From positions 2,432,001 through 2,496,000 of the forward strand of contig OY821645.1 of assembly GCA_963682135.1 (NCBI GenBank): 64,000 nt of DNA. Direction: 5' to 3'. How positions within the stretch are numbered: the first letter of the stretch is position 1; each line of letters starts with the position of its first letter. Made by a program: the position numbers and the translations under genes. Shown here piece after piece: positions 50,198-58,317 of this stretch. Source of the DNA: Methanothrix sp. Its GTDB lineage: Archaea; Halobacteriota; Methanosarcinia; Methanotrichales; Methanotrichaceae. Under the pieces are notes generated by a model. It searched no databases. It was not told the origin of the DNA and saw nothing but the letters and a program-made list of their open reading frames with translations.

Positions 50198-50584
50198 TTA
50201 GTTCTGTTTTCCCACAGATCTCACAACATTGATAAAATCTTCGATTTGAATATTCGAGATGTCAAGCGCGGCAAGAAGCCCTTCATCATCCATTAAGCGC
50301 TTCATCAGCCGTCTCGTGACCTCTGAGTCGTATGCTTTATCGTGATGATCCAAATTTATAAACACGACGGCGTTTTCAAAAATTAAATAAACGACAACGA
50401 AGTGCTCTGAAATATGTAATGCTCTCAGTCCTCTGAGATTATGGCTCTTGGGCTCGCCTATCTCTGGATTTTGCCGAATACACTTCATTTTATTTATTAC
50501 TTGAAGCTTAAACGTTCTATTTTTACCAGTTAATTTAGAAAATTTCTTGTCAAAATAACCGGTAGTAATGGATTTAAATGCCAT
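50198..50584 (-). CDS. RelE/ParE-family toxin
   Basis: FDKKFSKL..NPEIGEPK..LRGLRALHI..FVVVY..LDHHDKAY. Confidence 0.85.
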   Translation of the reverse strand: MAFKSITTGYFDKKFSKLTGKNRTFKLQVINKMKCIRQNPEIGEPKSHNLRGLRALHISEHFVVVYLIFENAVVFINLDHHDKAYDSEVTRRLMKRLMDDEGLLAALDISNIQIEDFINVVRSVGKQN

Positions 50585-50603
50585 TTGTGATCAAAATTGA
50601 GAT

Positions 50604-50777
50604 TTATAGGCGCATCAAGTGGGCTTCCATCTCCTCGTCATCCTCAAAGACTGTGTAGCGTCCCCCAGCAAAATCCTTTAGACCTTTCACAATACCTTCA
50701 ATGAAGTCTTCCTCTTTCTTTGCTTCTTTATTTGGGATAACTTCCATTTCTGCATTAAGAGGATGTGAACATGCCAT
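50604..50777 (-). CDS. 57-aa putative RelB-like antitoxin (absent from the ORF track)
   Basis: MACSHPLNAEMEVIPNKEAKKEEDFIEGIVKGLKDFAGGRYTVFEDDEEMEAHLMRL*, directly upstream of relE. Confidence 0.7.
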   Translation of the reverse strand: MACSHPLNAEMEVIPNKEAKKEEDFIEGIVKGLKDFAGGRYTVFEDDEEMEAHLMRL

Positions 50778-50975
50778 GCTCTTATGATATCGTCATGATC
50801 GTATTTAAATCCATTGTGCTCTGAGGGCTTTGCTGCATCTCTCCCAATGTTATCCTTCTAGTTTATGCATCTGCAAATATTCGTATTGGAAACCAACATC
50901 ATCCTCATCAAGGCAATCTATTTCTTCCTTATCACGGCGTCGGTCTGTCGTGCCTCGTTTTTCATTGAGTCGCTT

Positions 50976-51157
50976 TCGCCTCCACAATCCCTATCTCCTC
51001 CTCCGTCAGCCCGTATAGCTCGTAGACCAGGGCATCGATCTGCCCGTCCGAGGCTTCGATCCGGCGCTGCAGGGCAGTTTTCTCGTGAGGCGTGGCAGCT
51101 TCGGGGAGCTGTTTATGCGAGATGCGAGAAATCTTTGCACCAGGAGGGCCATGAGAT
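50976..51157 (-). repeat. Type IIG R-M 3'-end repeat, copy B5
   Basis: Same core; ..GQIDALVYELYGLTEEEIGIVE. Confidence 0.9.
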
Positions 51158-51186
51158 CCGCTATCAATCGTTTCTCAAGTTCATAA

Positions 51187-51594
51187 TCATAATAGATTCA
51201 TCAGTTCTCTTGTGGTAAAAACTTTGACGACATCCTGCCTCTTGAAATGTCCATCGTTGCTCCAGATCGGACAGTCTAAATACATTGCCAGAGCCAGGAA
51301 TGGAGAGTCATCGATATCAATTTCAGACATCACTTCAATTGCACTATCTTTGAAGGGGGCCAAGTCTTCAAGAGGGATAAAACTGATTTTGCTGAAGATA
51401 AAATCTTTTAAATAATCAAAGGACTTTTCATCTAGCTTTGACTTGGATAATAATTCGTCTTTGTGTCTTTCTATCTCACGATTGGCATATTCAACTGTAT
51501 ACATTTTAAAAGGTGATACGGATATTATATCTCTGGTCAAACCATTCCTTAGGAGAGAAGATATCAGGATATTCGTATCCGGCACTATCTCCAT
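51187..51594 (-). CDS. PIN-domain toxin (VapC)
   Basis: VPDTNILISSL, DIDDSPFLALA, IWSNDGHF. Confidence 0.9.
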   Translation of the reverse strand: MEIVPDTNILISSLLRNGLTRDIISVSPFKMYTVEYANREIERHKDELLSKSKLDEKSFDYLKDFIFSKISFIPLEDLAPFKDSAIEVMSEIDIDDSPFLALAMYLDCPIWSNDGHFKRQDVVKVFTTRELMNLL

Positions 51595-51824
51595 CCTAAT
51601 TTCTCCATTATTTCCCGCTTCATCTTGTGGTCTAATTCATTCACGTCATCTTCAGAAAGATCGCTTTTTTCCAGGAGCGTGTCAAAAATTATTGAAATGA
51701 ATATATCATTTTTTATATCTTCTAGAATATCCCGCTCTATTCTTTTTCGCACTAGTGCATCCAAATCTCTGTTGGCCTTTATCGATAACTCAATCTCTCG
51801 GGGAAGCTCAACTTCTATCGACAT
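51585..51824 (-). CDS. Antitoxin (VapB-like)
   Basis: Acidic 79-aa ORF overlapping the PIN start; LLEKSDLSEDDVNELDHKMKR tail. Confidence 0.75.
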   Translation of the reverse strand: MSIEVELPREIELSIKANRDLDALVRKRIERDILEDIKNDIFISIIFDTLLEKSDLSEDDVNELDHKMKREIMEKLGWR

Positions 51825-51864
51825 TTTATTGCCCGTATCCTAAATGCTGGAAAAGAATATAAAA

Positions 51865-52062
51865 CTACTTGCTCGCCTTCTGCACAATCCCGATCTCCTC
51901 TTCCGTCAGCCCGTACAGCCGGTCCCCCGTCGATCTGCCCGTCCGTGGCCTCGATCTGGCGCTGCATGGCCGTCTTCTCATGAGGCGTGCTGGCTTGGGG
52001 GAGCTGCTTGTGCGAGAAGCGAGCAATCTCTGCACCAGGGAGACCATGCGATCATGACGGGC
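51865..52062 (-). repeat. Type IIG R-M 3'-end repeat, copy B6
   Basis: ARHDRMVSLVQRLLA..(shifted frame)..LYGLTEEEIGIVQKASK*. Confidence 0.9.
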
Positions 52063-52549
52063 TAGCATTCCAAAGACCTATCGTTTCCCGCGCATCTTTC
52101 AGCGATACAATTTTGAGCTGAAAGCCATATGGAACCTGATAGTTCAGAAGAATTTTGTCGGTGGTTATGAGGTAATTCATATTATACGCCAGAGCATAAC
52201 CAAGATGAGTACGATCAGTTGGCTGCAATCGATCTTTGCATTCGTCCACAAGATGCCAGCAGACTTCAGCTACCCTATTTGTAGGCGGCAGGAATCTGAT
52301 ATCAAGTTTCCTCCATAGCTCGATCAAAGAGGCAATCGTCTCCATTTTGTGAGGATCGCTTCCCTCTTTTTCGCGAGTCAGACTCTTAAAAACAGTTTCT
52401 GCAAGCACTGAGAATGGGACACAAAGCTCCAGCGTGGGGTGATTATCGATGTGGTCGAGAAGGCCGATTGCAAGCTGCGACTTTCTATCTTTTTTTTCAG
52501 TGCTAACAGAATAAAAGAAGATATCAGCGTCTATGGCAACGTGATTCAT
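52052..52549 (-). CDS. PIN-domain toxin
   Basis: VAIDADIF, E, DRTHLGYAL, LITTD. Confidence 0.85.
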   Translation of the reverse strand: MNHVAIDADIFFYSVSTEKKDRKSQLAIGLLDHIDNHPTLELCVPFSVLAETVFKSLTREKEGSDPHKMETIASLIELWRKLDIRFLPPTNRVAEVCWHLVDECKDRLQPTDRTHLGYALAYNMNYLITTDKILLNYQVPYGFQLKIVSLKDARETIGLWNASPS

Positions 52550-52704
52550 TTCTTGCCAAAAGCCTTCTCTATTCTTTCCTTCGTCGCCTTATCTTCTTCT
52601 TCGGTAACAGCCCATACGATCCTGCCGTTGATATCCACAGCACCGCCGTAAGGCAACTGATTCTTGTCCGAGTCATAGATCTGCCCGACTACATATTCTG
52701 CCAT
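52546..52704 (-). CDS. 52-aa putative antitoxin (absent from the ORF track)
   Basis: MAEYVVGQIYDSDKNQLPYGGAVDINGRIVWAVTEEEDKATKERIEKAFGKK*; ATGA overlap with the PIN gene. Confidence 0.65.
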   Translation of the reverse strand: MAEYVVGQIYDSDKNQLPYGGAVDINGRIVWAVTEEEDKATKERIEKAFGKK

Positions 52705-52776
52705 TCATTTCCTCGATCTGAGTTTGGCTTTTTTCGATAATATAGTTTTCGCCGGTTCATTTGTCTGCCTGCGATC

Positions 52777-52979
52777 CTTCTACGATTCTTATCTCCTATT
52801 CCGTCAGCCCGTACAGCTCGTAGACCAGGGCATCTATCTGCCCGTCCGTGGCTCGATCTGTCGCTACAGGGCAGTTTTTTCGTGAGGCGTGGCAGCTTCG
52901 GGGAGCTGTCTATGCAAGGCGAGCATCTTCTCCACCAGGGAGACAAGCGAATCGTGGCGGGCGACATCGGCGGGGTCGG
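52777..52979 (-). repeat. Type IIG R-M 3'-end repeat, copy B7 (proximal)
   Basis: DPADVARHDSLVSLVEKMLALHRQLPE..; degenerate, with stops and a frameshift. Confidence 0.9.
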
Positions 52980-53045
52980 TGCAGAATGGGAGCAGCTATG
53001 ATACGGGATCAAGAAATGGATATACAGACTTTCGACTATGATTTT

Positions 53046-53161
53046 ACCACAAAGGCACAAAGCTCACAAAGAACGCACAAAGACTAATCGGCAAAATATA
53101 TCCTAACCAGAATTTAATAATTTTCTTTGTGAGTCCTTTGTGCGCGTTGTGTCTTTGTGGT
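53046..53161. repeat. Imperfect inverted repeat built from tandem CACAAAG units (REP-like)
   Basis: ACCACAAAG-GCACAAAG-CTCACAAAG-AACGCACAAAG, ~40-nt spacer, then CTTTGTGAG-TCCTTTGTGCG-CGTTGTGT-CTTTGTGGT. Confidence 0.8.
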
Positions 53162-53259
53162 GATAGTAGTAGTAAGTACTAACACCCCATCCTGCCAAAA
53201 TATATTTGACAATTATGATACTAATTTCCTTCGACATCGACTGCCTCCTCCTCTTTGAC

Positions 53260-53481
53260 CTATCTCTTGTCGGCCCGGCATTCCTGCTTGTGGTAGACAT
53301 CCCAGCCCAGCGCCTCAAAAAAGGGATTGATGAACTCCGTTCTCAGCTCGGTCTCATTGTACTGACTGGATCGATAGATGTCCTGGTCACGCTCGAACTT
53401 CTCCATCAGCTCGAGGATCTTTGCTGGTGCCTGTGCTTGTGTCGGTGCCTCTGCCTGCAATTTCTTTGCCCTCCGGCGCAC
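53260..53481 (-). pseudogene. N-terminal remnant of a type IIG (Eco57I-like) R-M enzyme
   Basis: APAKILELMEKFERDQDIYRSSQYNETELRTEFINPFFEALGWDV, then a premature stop. Confidence 0.8.
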
Positions 53482-53676
53482 TCATTGACTGCTCTCCCGA
53501 AAAAGCTTCTGGCAGGAATGCAGAGAAAACGAGACTTGAGGCAAATCATCAAGTCTCAAGGCGGCATAGTCAGCTCAAAATTTTTAAAAATCCATACGGA
53601 TTCCCTAAGCTATTGCCAAAAGACCACAAAGCCGATATACCTCCTTATCTTAGCGCATATCGAAAGGCGAGATAAA

Positions 53677-55377
53677 ATGCTTATAGGAATTGATGTGGGC
53701 GGCACCACCACGGATGCCGTTGTCGTGGACGGCAATAAGGTGGTCAAGACCGCATATGTGCCGACAGATCACGATAACCTGTTGAAGTGCTTGCTTATGG
53801 CCTTGGACGAACTGGTGCAGGGCATCGACACCAGCAAGATCGAGCGAGTGGTTCTGAGCACTACTCTGATTACCAATATGATCGCCGAGGGCAAGACCGA
53901 TCCCGTGGCTCTGGTGCTCATACCGGGACCTGGAACCAATCCCCGAGACTACGCTCTGGGCGAGAGCGTCATCCTGGATGGAGCTATCGATTTTCGTGGC
54001 AAAGAGATTGATAGGCTAAAAGAGTCCCAGATCAAAGAGGCCGCCTCCCGCATCCGTGGCCAGGGCCTCTCCCGCGTGGCTGTGGTAGGCAAATTCTGCC
54101 AGAGAAATCATGCCCACGAGCTGAAGGTTGGCGAGATAATGGCCGCAACTCTGCCGGGCAGCAAGATTGAGCTGGGGCACAGAGTATCCGGCCAGCTCAA
54201 CTTCCCCCGCCGGGCAGCGACTACCATGCTCACCGCCGCAACCATTGACAGCTATGAGCTCTTTGCCGGAGATGTGGCTACAGCTCTCAAGGAGCGCAAG
54301 ATCAATTCACCAGTCTATATCCTCAAGGCGGACGGCGGGACACTACCCCTGGACAAATCCGTGCAAATGCCGGTGGAGACCATCTTCTCTGGGCCCGCCG
54401 CCAGCATCATGGGAGTAATGGCCCTGACGGACCCTGGCCAGAGCAGCGTGGTCGTGGACATCGGCGGCACCACCACCGACCTGGCTCTCATCCTCACCGG
54501 CAAGCCCCTACTCTCAGCTAAAGGGGCACGGGTCGGCTCTCTTCTCACCCACGTGCGGGCCTTTGCCGTCAAGTCGATAGCCATTGGTGGAGACAGCGCC
54601 GTTGCTGTCTGCGGCCAGAAGGACAGCGGCGAGGGCCGCGGCTGCGGCAGCCTGGCCGTCGGTCCCCACCGGGACGGACCGCCGATGTGCATGGGCGGAA
54701 ACGGACCCACGCCCACCGATGCCTTGCGGGTTTTGGGGCTATCTCAGATCGGCGATCTCGCCAAGGCTGAAAAGGCCATGCAGATCGTGGCACAGAGCCT
54801 GGGCTGCACTGCCAGAGAGGCGGCCCAAAAGGTGGTTGACGGCGTGGTGGACAAAATCGTCTTCGAGGTTAATGAGATGTTCCGGGAATGGGAACAGGAG
54901 CCCGCTTATCGCATCTGGGAGATCGTGAAGAGAGCGTCGCTCTCCGCTCAGAGCGTCGTGGGCGTAGGTGGAGGCGCTCCCCCCCTCGTGCCTCTGGTGG
55001 CCGCCCGGCTCAAAGCCGTGGCAATCGTGCCCCAGTATGCGAATGTGGCCAATGCCATTGGTGCTGCCGTGGCCCGGCCCACCTTAACCCTGAACCTGCA
55101 CATCGACACCGAGAACAAAGAGTATTCTGTGGCCGAAGATGGTCTAACCGGCAGAGTGACAGACCAAAAAATGACTCTAGAGGATGCACAGCGTCTGGCC
55201 CGCCGGCTATTAGCGGAACGGTCGGAGCTTCTCGGTATCAGCGAGTACGCCGCTGAGGCTGAAGTTACTTACAGCGAGGTTTTCAATATGATTCGAGGCT
55301 GGTCAACTGTGGGAAGACTGATGGACGTGCGAATGGAAATTCCGGCGGGTCTTCTACCTTCCTGGGGGAGGTGCTGA
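53677..55377 (+). CDS. Hydantoinase/oxoprolinase A-family protein
   Basis: IGIDVGGTTTDA, SGPAAS, DIGGTTTD, PTPTDA, ANAIGAA; true start ATG 53677 (the track extension to 53206 is antisense to the R-M remnant). Confidence 0.88.
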   Translation: MLIGIDVGGTTTDAVVVDGNKVVKTAYVPTDHDNLLKCLLMALDELVQGIDTSKIERVVLSTTLITNMIAEGKTDPVALVLIPGPGTNPRDYALGESVILDGAIDFRGKEIDRLKESQIKEAASRIRGQGLSRVAVVGKFCQRNHAHELKVGEIMAATLPGSKIELGHRVSGQLNFPRRAATTMLTAATIDSYELFAGDVATALKERKINSPVYILKADGGTLPLDKSVQMPVETIFSGPAASIMGVMALTDPGQSSVVVDIGGTTTDLALILTGKPLLSAKGARVGSLLTHVRAFAVKSIAIGGDSAVAVCGQKDSGEGRGCGSLAVGPHRDGPPMCMGGNGPTPTDALRVLGLSQIGDLAKAEKAMQIVAQSLGCTAREAAQKVVDGVVDKIVFEVNEMFREWEQEPAYRIWEIVKRASLSAQSVVGVGGGAPPLVPLVAARLKAVAIVPQYANVANAIGAAVARPTLTLNLHIDTENKEYSVAEDGLTGRVTDQKMTLEDAQRLARRLLAERSELLGISEYAAEAEVTYSEVFNMIRGWSTVGRLMDVRMEIPAGLLPSWGRC

Positions 55378-55379
55378 AG

Positions 55380-56744
55380 ATGTCGTCCCTTGGAAAGAAG
55401 GGCAGGACGGGCCTCATATTCTTCCCGGCCTTTGATTGGGCCATCTCACCCACCCACCCGGAACGGGAAGAGAGGCTGCTCTACACCCGTGACCAGATCT
55501 TTGAGGAAGGGCTGATGGACCTACCCCAAATTGAGGAGTACAAACCCCGCCTGGCCGAGAAAAAGGACGTGGCTCGGGCCCATTTCTGCGTTCCCGATGT
55601 GGAAAGTCAGGTAACGGAGGCCCACCTCATCGCCGCCGGCAGCACCCTTACTCTGGCTGACGCCCTGGAGAAGGGCGAGATCAGGAACGGCTTTGCGCTG
55701 GTCAGGCCGCCGGGCCACCACAGCATGCGCGTGGTGCACGGCAACCGCGGCTTTTGCAATATCAACAACATGGCCATCATGGTCGAGTACCTTAGAACCA
55801 AGTACGGCCACAAGAGGATCGCCGTTATCGATACCGATGTTCACCACGGCGACGGGACCCAGGAGATATTCTGGCACGACCCGGATGTGCTCTGCCTGTC
55901 CTTCCATCAGGACGGCCACACCCTCTATCCCGGCTCGGGCTTCGTCAACGAGATGGGTGGACCGCAGGCGCTGGCCCGCACCCTTAACGTTCCCCTGCCG
56001 CCGGGTACAACGGACGAGGGTATTCACTACGTCCTGGACAATCTCATCCTGCCCATCCTCGATGAATTTAAGCCTGATTTGATCTTGAATTCGGCAGGCC
56101 AGGACAATCACTACACGGATCCGCTGGCCAATATGCGCTTCTCAGCCAACGGCTATGCCCGGCTCAACGAAAAGCTGGCACCTGACCTTTGCGTCCTGGA
56201 GGGCGGCTATGCCGTGGAGACGGCCCTGCCCTACGTCAATACGGGCATCATCCAGGCTATGGCAGGTCTTGATTACTCTCATGTCAAGGAGCCGGACTAT
56301 GTGCCCGGTCGCTTCGAGCAGTCGCCGGCAATGGTGCGGGAGATCGAGCACACTGTCTCCCAGGTGCAGAAAATCTGGGATCAGAGAGATGAACTGGTAG
56401 AAGAAGCGCTGGCGGACTCTGGCGATTTCTACCGTCGCAAGAGACGCATCTTTTACGACACTGACATGATCAACGAGAACCAGGAAGAGGTAGTTCGCCT
56501 CTGCCCGGACTGCGCCGGATACATGACCATCACCACTTCAGCCCAGCGCGGCTACGGCATCCTGAACAGCGCCTTTTGCGTCTCTATTCCCCGCAAAGCC
56601 TGCTCCTCCTGCCGGGAAGACGCCAAAGAGGAGTATGCTGAGCATCTGGACGATAAGAGGATCGGTTATGTCTTGATGCAGGATAAGGACAAAGACAAGT
56701 TCAAGTTCTACAACAACATGACGAGGACGGAGAAAGGGTACTGA
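55380..56744 (+). CDS. Histone deacetylase-family protein with Cys-rich C-terminal extension
   Basis: HPEREERL, RPPGHH, GFC, DTDVHHGDGT, SAGQD, LEGGY; CPDC..CSSC tail. Confidence 0.92.
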   Translation: MSSLGKKGRTGLIFFPAFDWAISPTHPEREERLLYTRDQIFEEGLMDLPQIEEYKPRLAEKKDVARAHFCVPDVESQVTEAHLIAAGSTLTLADALEKGEIRNGFALVRPPGHHSMRVVHGNRGFCNINNMAIMVEYLRTKYGHKRIAVIDTDVHHGDGTQEIFWHDPDVLCLSFHQDGHTLYPGSGFVNEMGGPQALARTLNVPLPPGTTDEGIHYVLDNLILPILDEFKPDLILNSAGQDNHYTDPLANMRFSANGYARLNEKLAPDLCVLEGGYAVETALPYVNTGIIQAMAGLDYSHVKEPDYVPGRFEQSPAMVREIEHTVSQVQKIWDQRDELVEEALADSGDFYRRKRRIFYDTDMINENQEEVVRLCPDCAGYMTITTSAQRGYGILNSAFCVSIPRKACSSCREDAKEEYAEHLDDKRIGYVLMQDKDKDKFKFYNNMTRTEKGY

Positions 56745-56797
56745 GTCTTTAGTGGCGCAAAAAGCATCTTAACGGCTTCTTGCGCCAATTTCTATTT

Positions 56798-57208
56798 TCA
56801 ATATCCGCAATGCTCAGTTCTCTTGATGACAACGGTATCAGATATTCGATTGAATAGACGCTGCCTGTTCTCCCGAAAACCAAACCATCCGATAAGACAG
56901 TCGATGGGAAGCAGAAATGCTTTTCCAAATGCCTCAATAGCTGCGTCTCTAAACCGAATGCTCTCGCCAAGAGGGCCTGTTACAACTATGTTAAGGAGCA
57001 TCTTTCCCAGCGACTGACCTCTATAACCCTCCAATGCAGTCCAATAAATGAATAATATTGCTGCCAGAAGAAGGACTCCACCAATGCCCAGCGCATCCAT
57101 TTTTAGGACAATCGCAACTCTTGACCAGAGTATGCCCATGAGCAGTACATCGATCAGCCAGGCCCAGAAACGATCATTCCAGCTTGACAACACAATTTTC
57201 TCATCCAT
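56798..57208 (-). CDS. RDD-family membrane protein
   Basis: RFWAWLID, GQSLGK, QRLFN..DTVV. Confidence 0.88.
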   Translation of the reverse strand: MDEKIVLSSWNDRFWAWLIDVLLMGILWSRVAIVLKMDALGIGGVLLLAAILFIYWTALEGYRGQSLGKMLLNIVVTGPLGESIRFRDAAIEAFGKAFLLPIDCLIGWFGFRENRQRLFNRISDTVVIKRTEHCGY

Positions 57209-57261
57209 AAGAACTCCTTCTAGATTGCTTTATCACCCTAAAGGAGAAGGCCATGTGATGA

Positions 57262-58317
57262 TTAGCTGGCCTTCTTCTGTCTCTTTCGATATAAGTATCC
57301 ACCCGCTGCTATTATGATGACCAGGACAATTCCTGCAGGCAGAAGCAGTGATGTCGGGGCGGCCTTGACCACAACCGGTATCTTCATGCTCTCGGAGATG
57401 ACGCTGTCGCCATTCAGGTCGGTATACTTGATCTCGCTGTTGATCCCATATTCCTTGGGCGTGGCATCTGAGTCCACATCCAGCCGGAAGACCACGGTTT
57501 TCTCTTCCCCCGGCTGCAATGTGCCTATGAAGGCCTGGTCATCTGTGGATGAGAAGGGCTTGAAGATGGACAGCCTTGCCACTGCATCCTTGATAGGATC
57601 CTCACCGATATTCTTGTAGGTGGCAGAAATTGGCGCCTTTTTATCTCCGGCGGAGAGTTCTCCTGAGTTGTTCAGGATCTCAAAGTCTGCTTGCCTCTTG
57701 ACAATTACCATGATGGGCAGCGTCTGGTTGGCCTTCTGGTAGATATAGGATTCTCGGAAATTTGCCAGAGTGGGAGAGACACCGCTGGTGACAAGGGTCG
57801 AGGCGTAGACTCGAACATTATCCTGATAGTCGTAAGAGATATTCAGATTGAGCGGATATTTTCCGGCAGGAGCATGCTCTCCAATCTTCAGGGTGAACTT
57901 CAAGGGTGATTGGGTCTTATCTCCTGATTTGAGTGACTGTACCACCTGGTCGCCGGACTTAATGTCGATTTGCCGGTTTTCTGAGTTGAGGCTGGTGGTG
58001 ATACCCAAAGCAGTAGGCTTCTTATACTCCTCTTGCAGCTCAGCCGCAGCCAGTGCGAACTCTTTAGGGTTTTGGGGTGTCAGATCCTCTTTAAAGCCGA
58101 TGATTCTTCCATAGTTGGTCAGATCCAAGTAAAGTGCAACGGTATCTCCCCTCTCAAACTCATTTGTACCGGAAATGCTGGCTGAAAGATCCGGACTACC
58201 GTACATGGTATAATAATTGTCTCCACCTAGCTCATAGGGTATGTAGGTGTTCTGGGCCTGACTTGTAGCCAGAAGTGTCAACAAGATGGCTATGGTTATG
58301 GCAGATTTAATATCCAT
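57262..58317 (-). CDS. COG1361 S-layer-domain protein
   Basis: Signal peptide, Ig-like domains (YKNIGE..A.ARLS..PFSS.DD.AFIG.L.PGE), C-terminal TM plus basic tail. Confidence 0.82.
   Translation of the reverse strand: MDIKSAITIAILLTLLATSQAQNTYIPYELGGDNYYTMYGSPDLSASISGTNEFERGDTVALYLDLTNYGRIIGFKEDLTPQNPKEFALAAAELQEEYKKPTALGITTSLNSENRQIDIKSGDQVVQSLKSGDKTQSPLKFTLKIGEHAPAGKYPLNLNISYDYQDNVRVYASTLVTSGVSPTLANFRESYIYQKANQTLPIMVIVKRQADFEILNNSGELSAGDKKAPISATYKNIGEDPIKDAVARLSIFKPFSSTDDQAFIGTLQPGEEKTVVFRLDVDSDATPKEYGINSEIKYTDLNGDSVISESMKIPVVVKAAPTSLLLPAGIVLVIIIAAGGYLYRKRQKKAS

Noticed and set aside
44607-52979. CRISPR array or classical integron attC interpretation of the repeats
   Set aside because: Repeats are 90-235 bp, derived from protein-coding sequence and separated by whole genes. 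I see no cas genes, no attC-type long palindrome and no intI in the window.
47320-53087. Short track ORFs overlapping the B repeats (e.g. 47320-47514, 47339-47566, 49941-50201, 50865-51218, 51844-52065, 52848-53087)
   Set aside because: These are alternative-frame or antisense readings of the GC-rich repeat, with no independent coding evidence.
53206-53676. 157-aa N-terminal extension of the hydantoinase
   Set aside because: It is antisense to the type IIG remnant; family homology starts at MLIGIDVGG (53677).
44036-53680. tRNA-Thr-anchored integrative element
   Set aside because: No integrase and no duplicated tRNA 3' end visible near 53.5 kb; a response regulator lies between the tRNA and the array.
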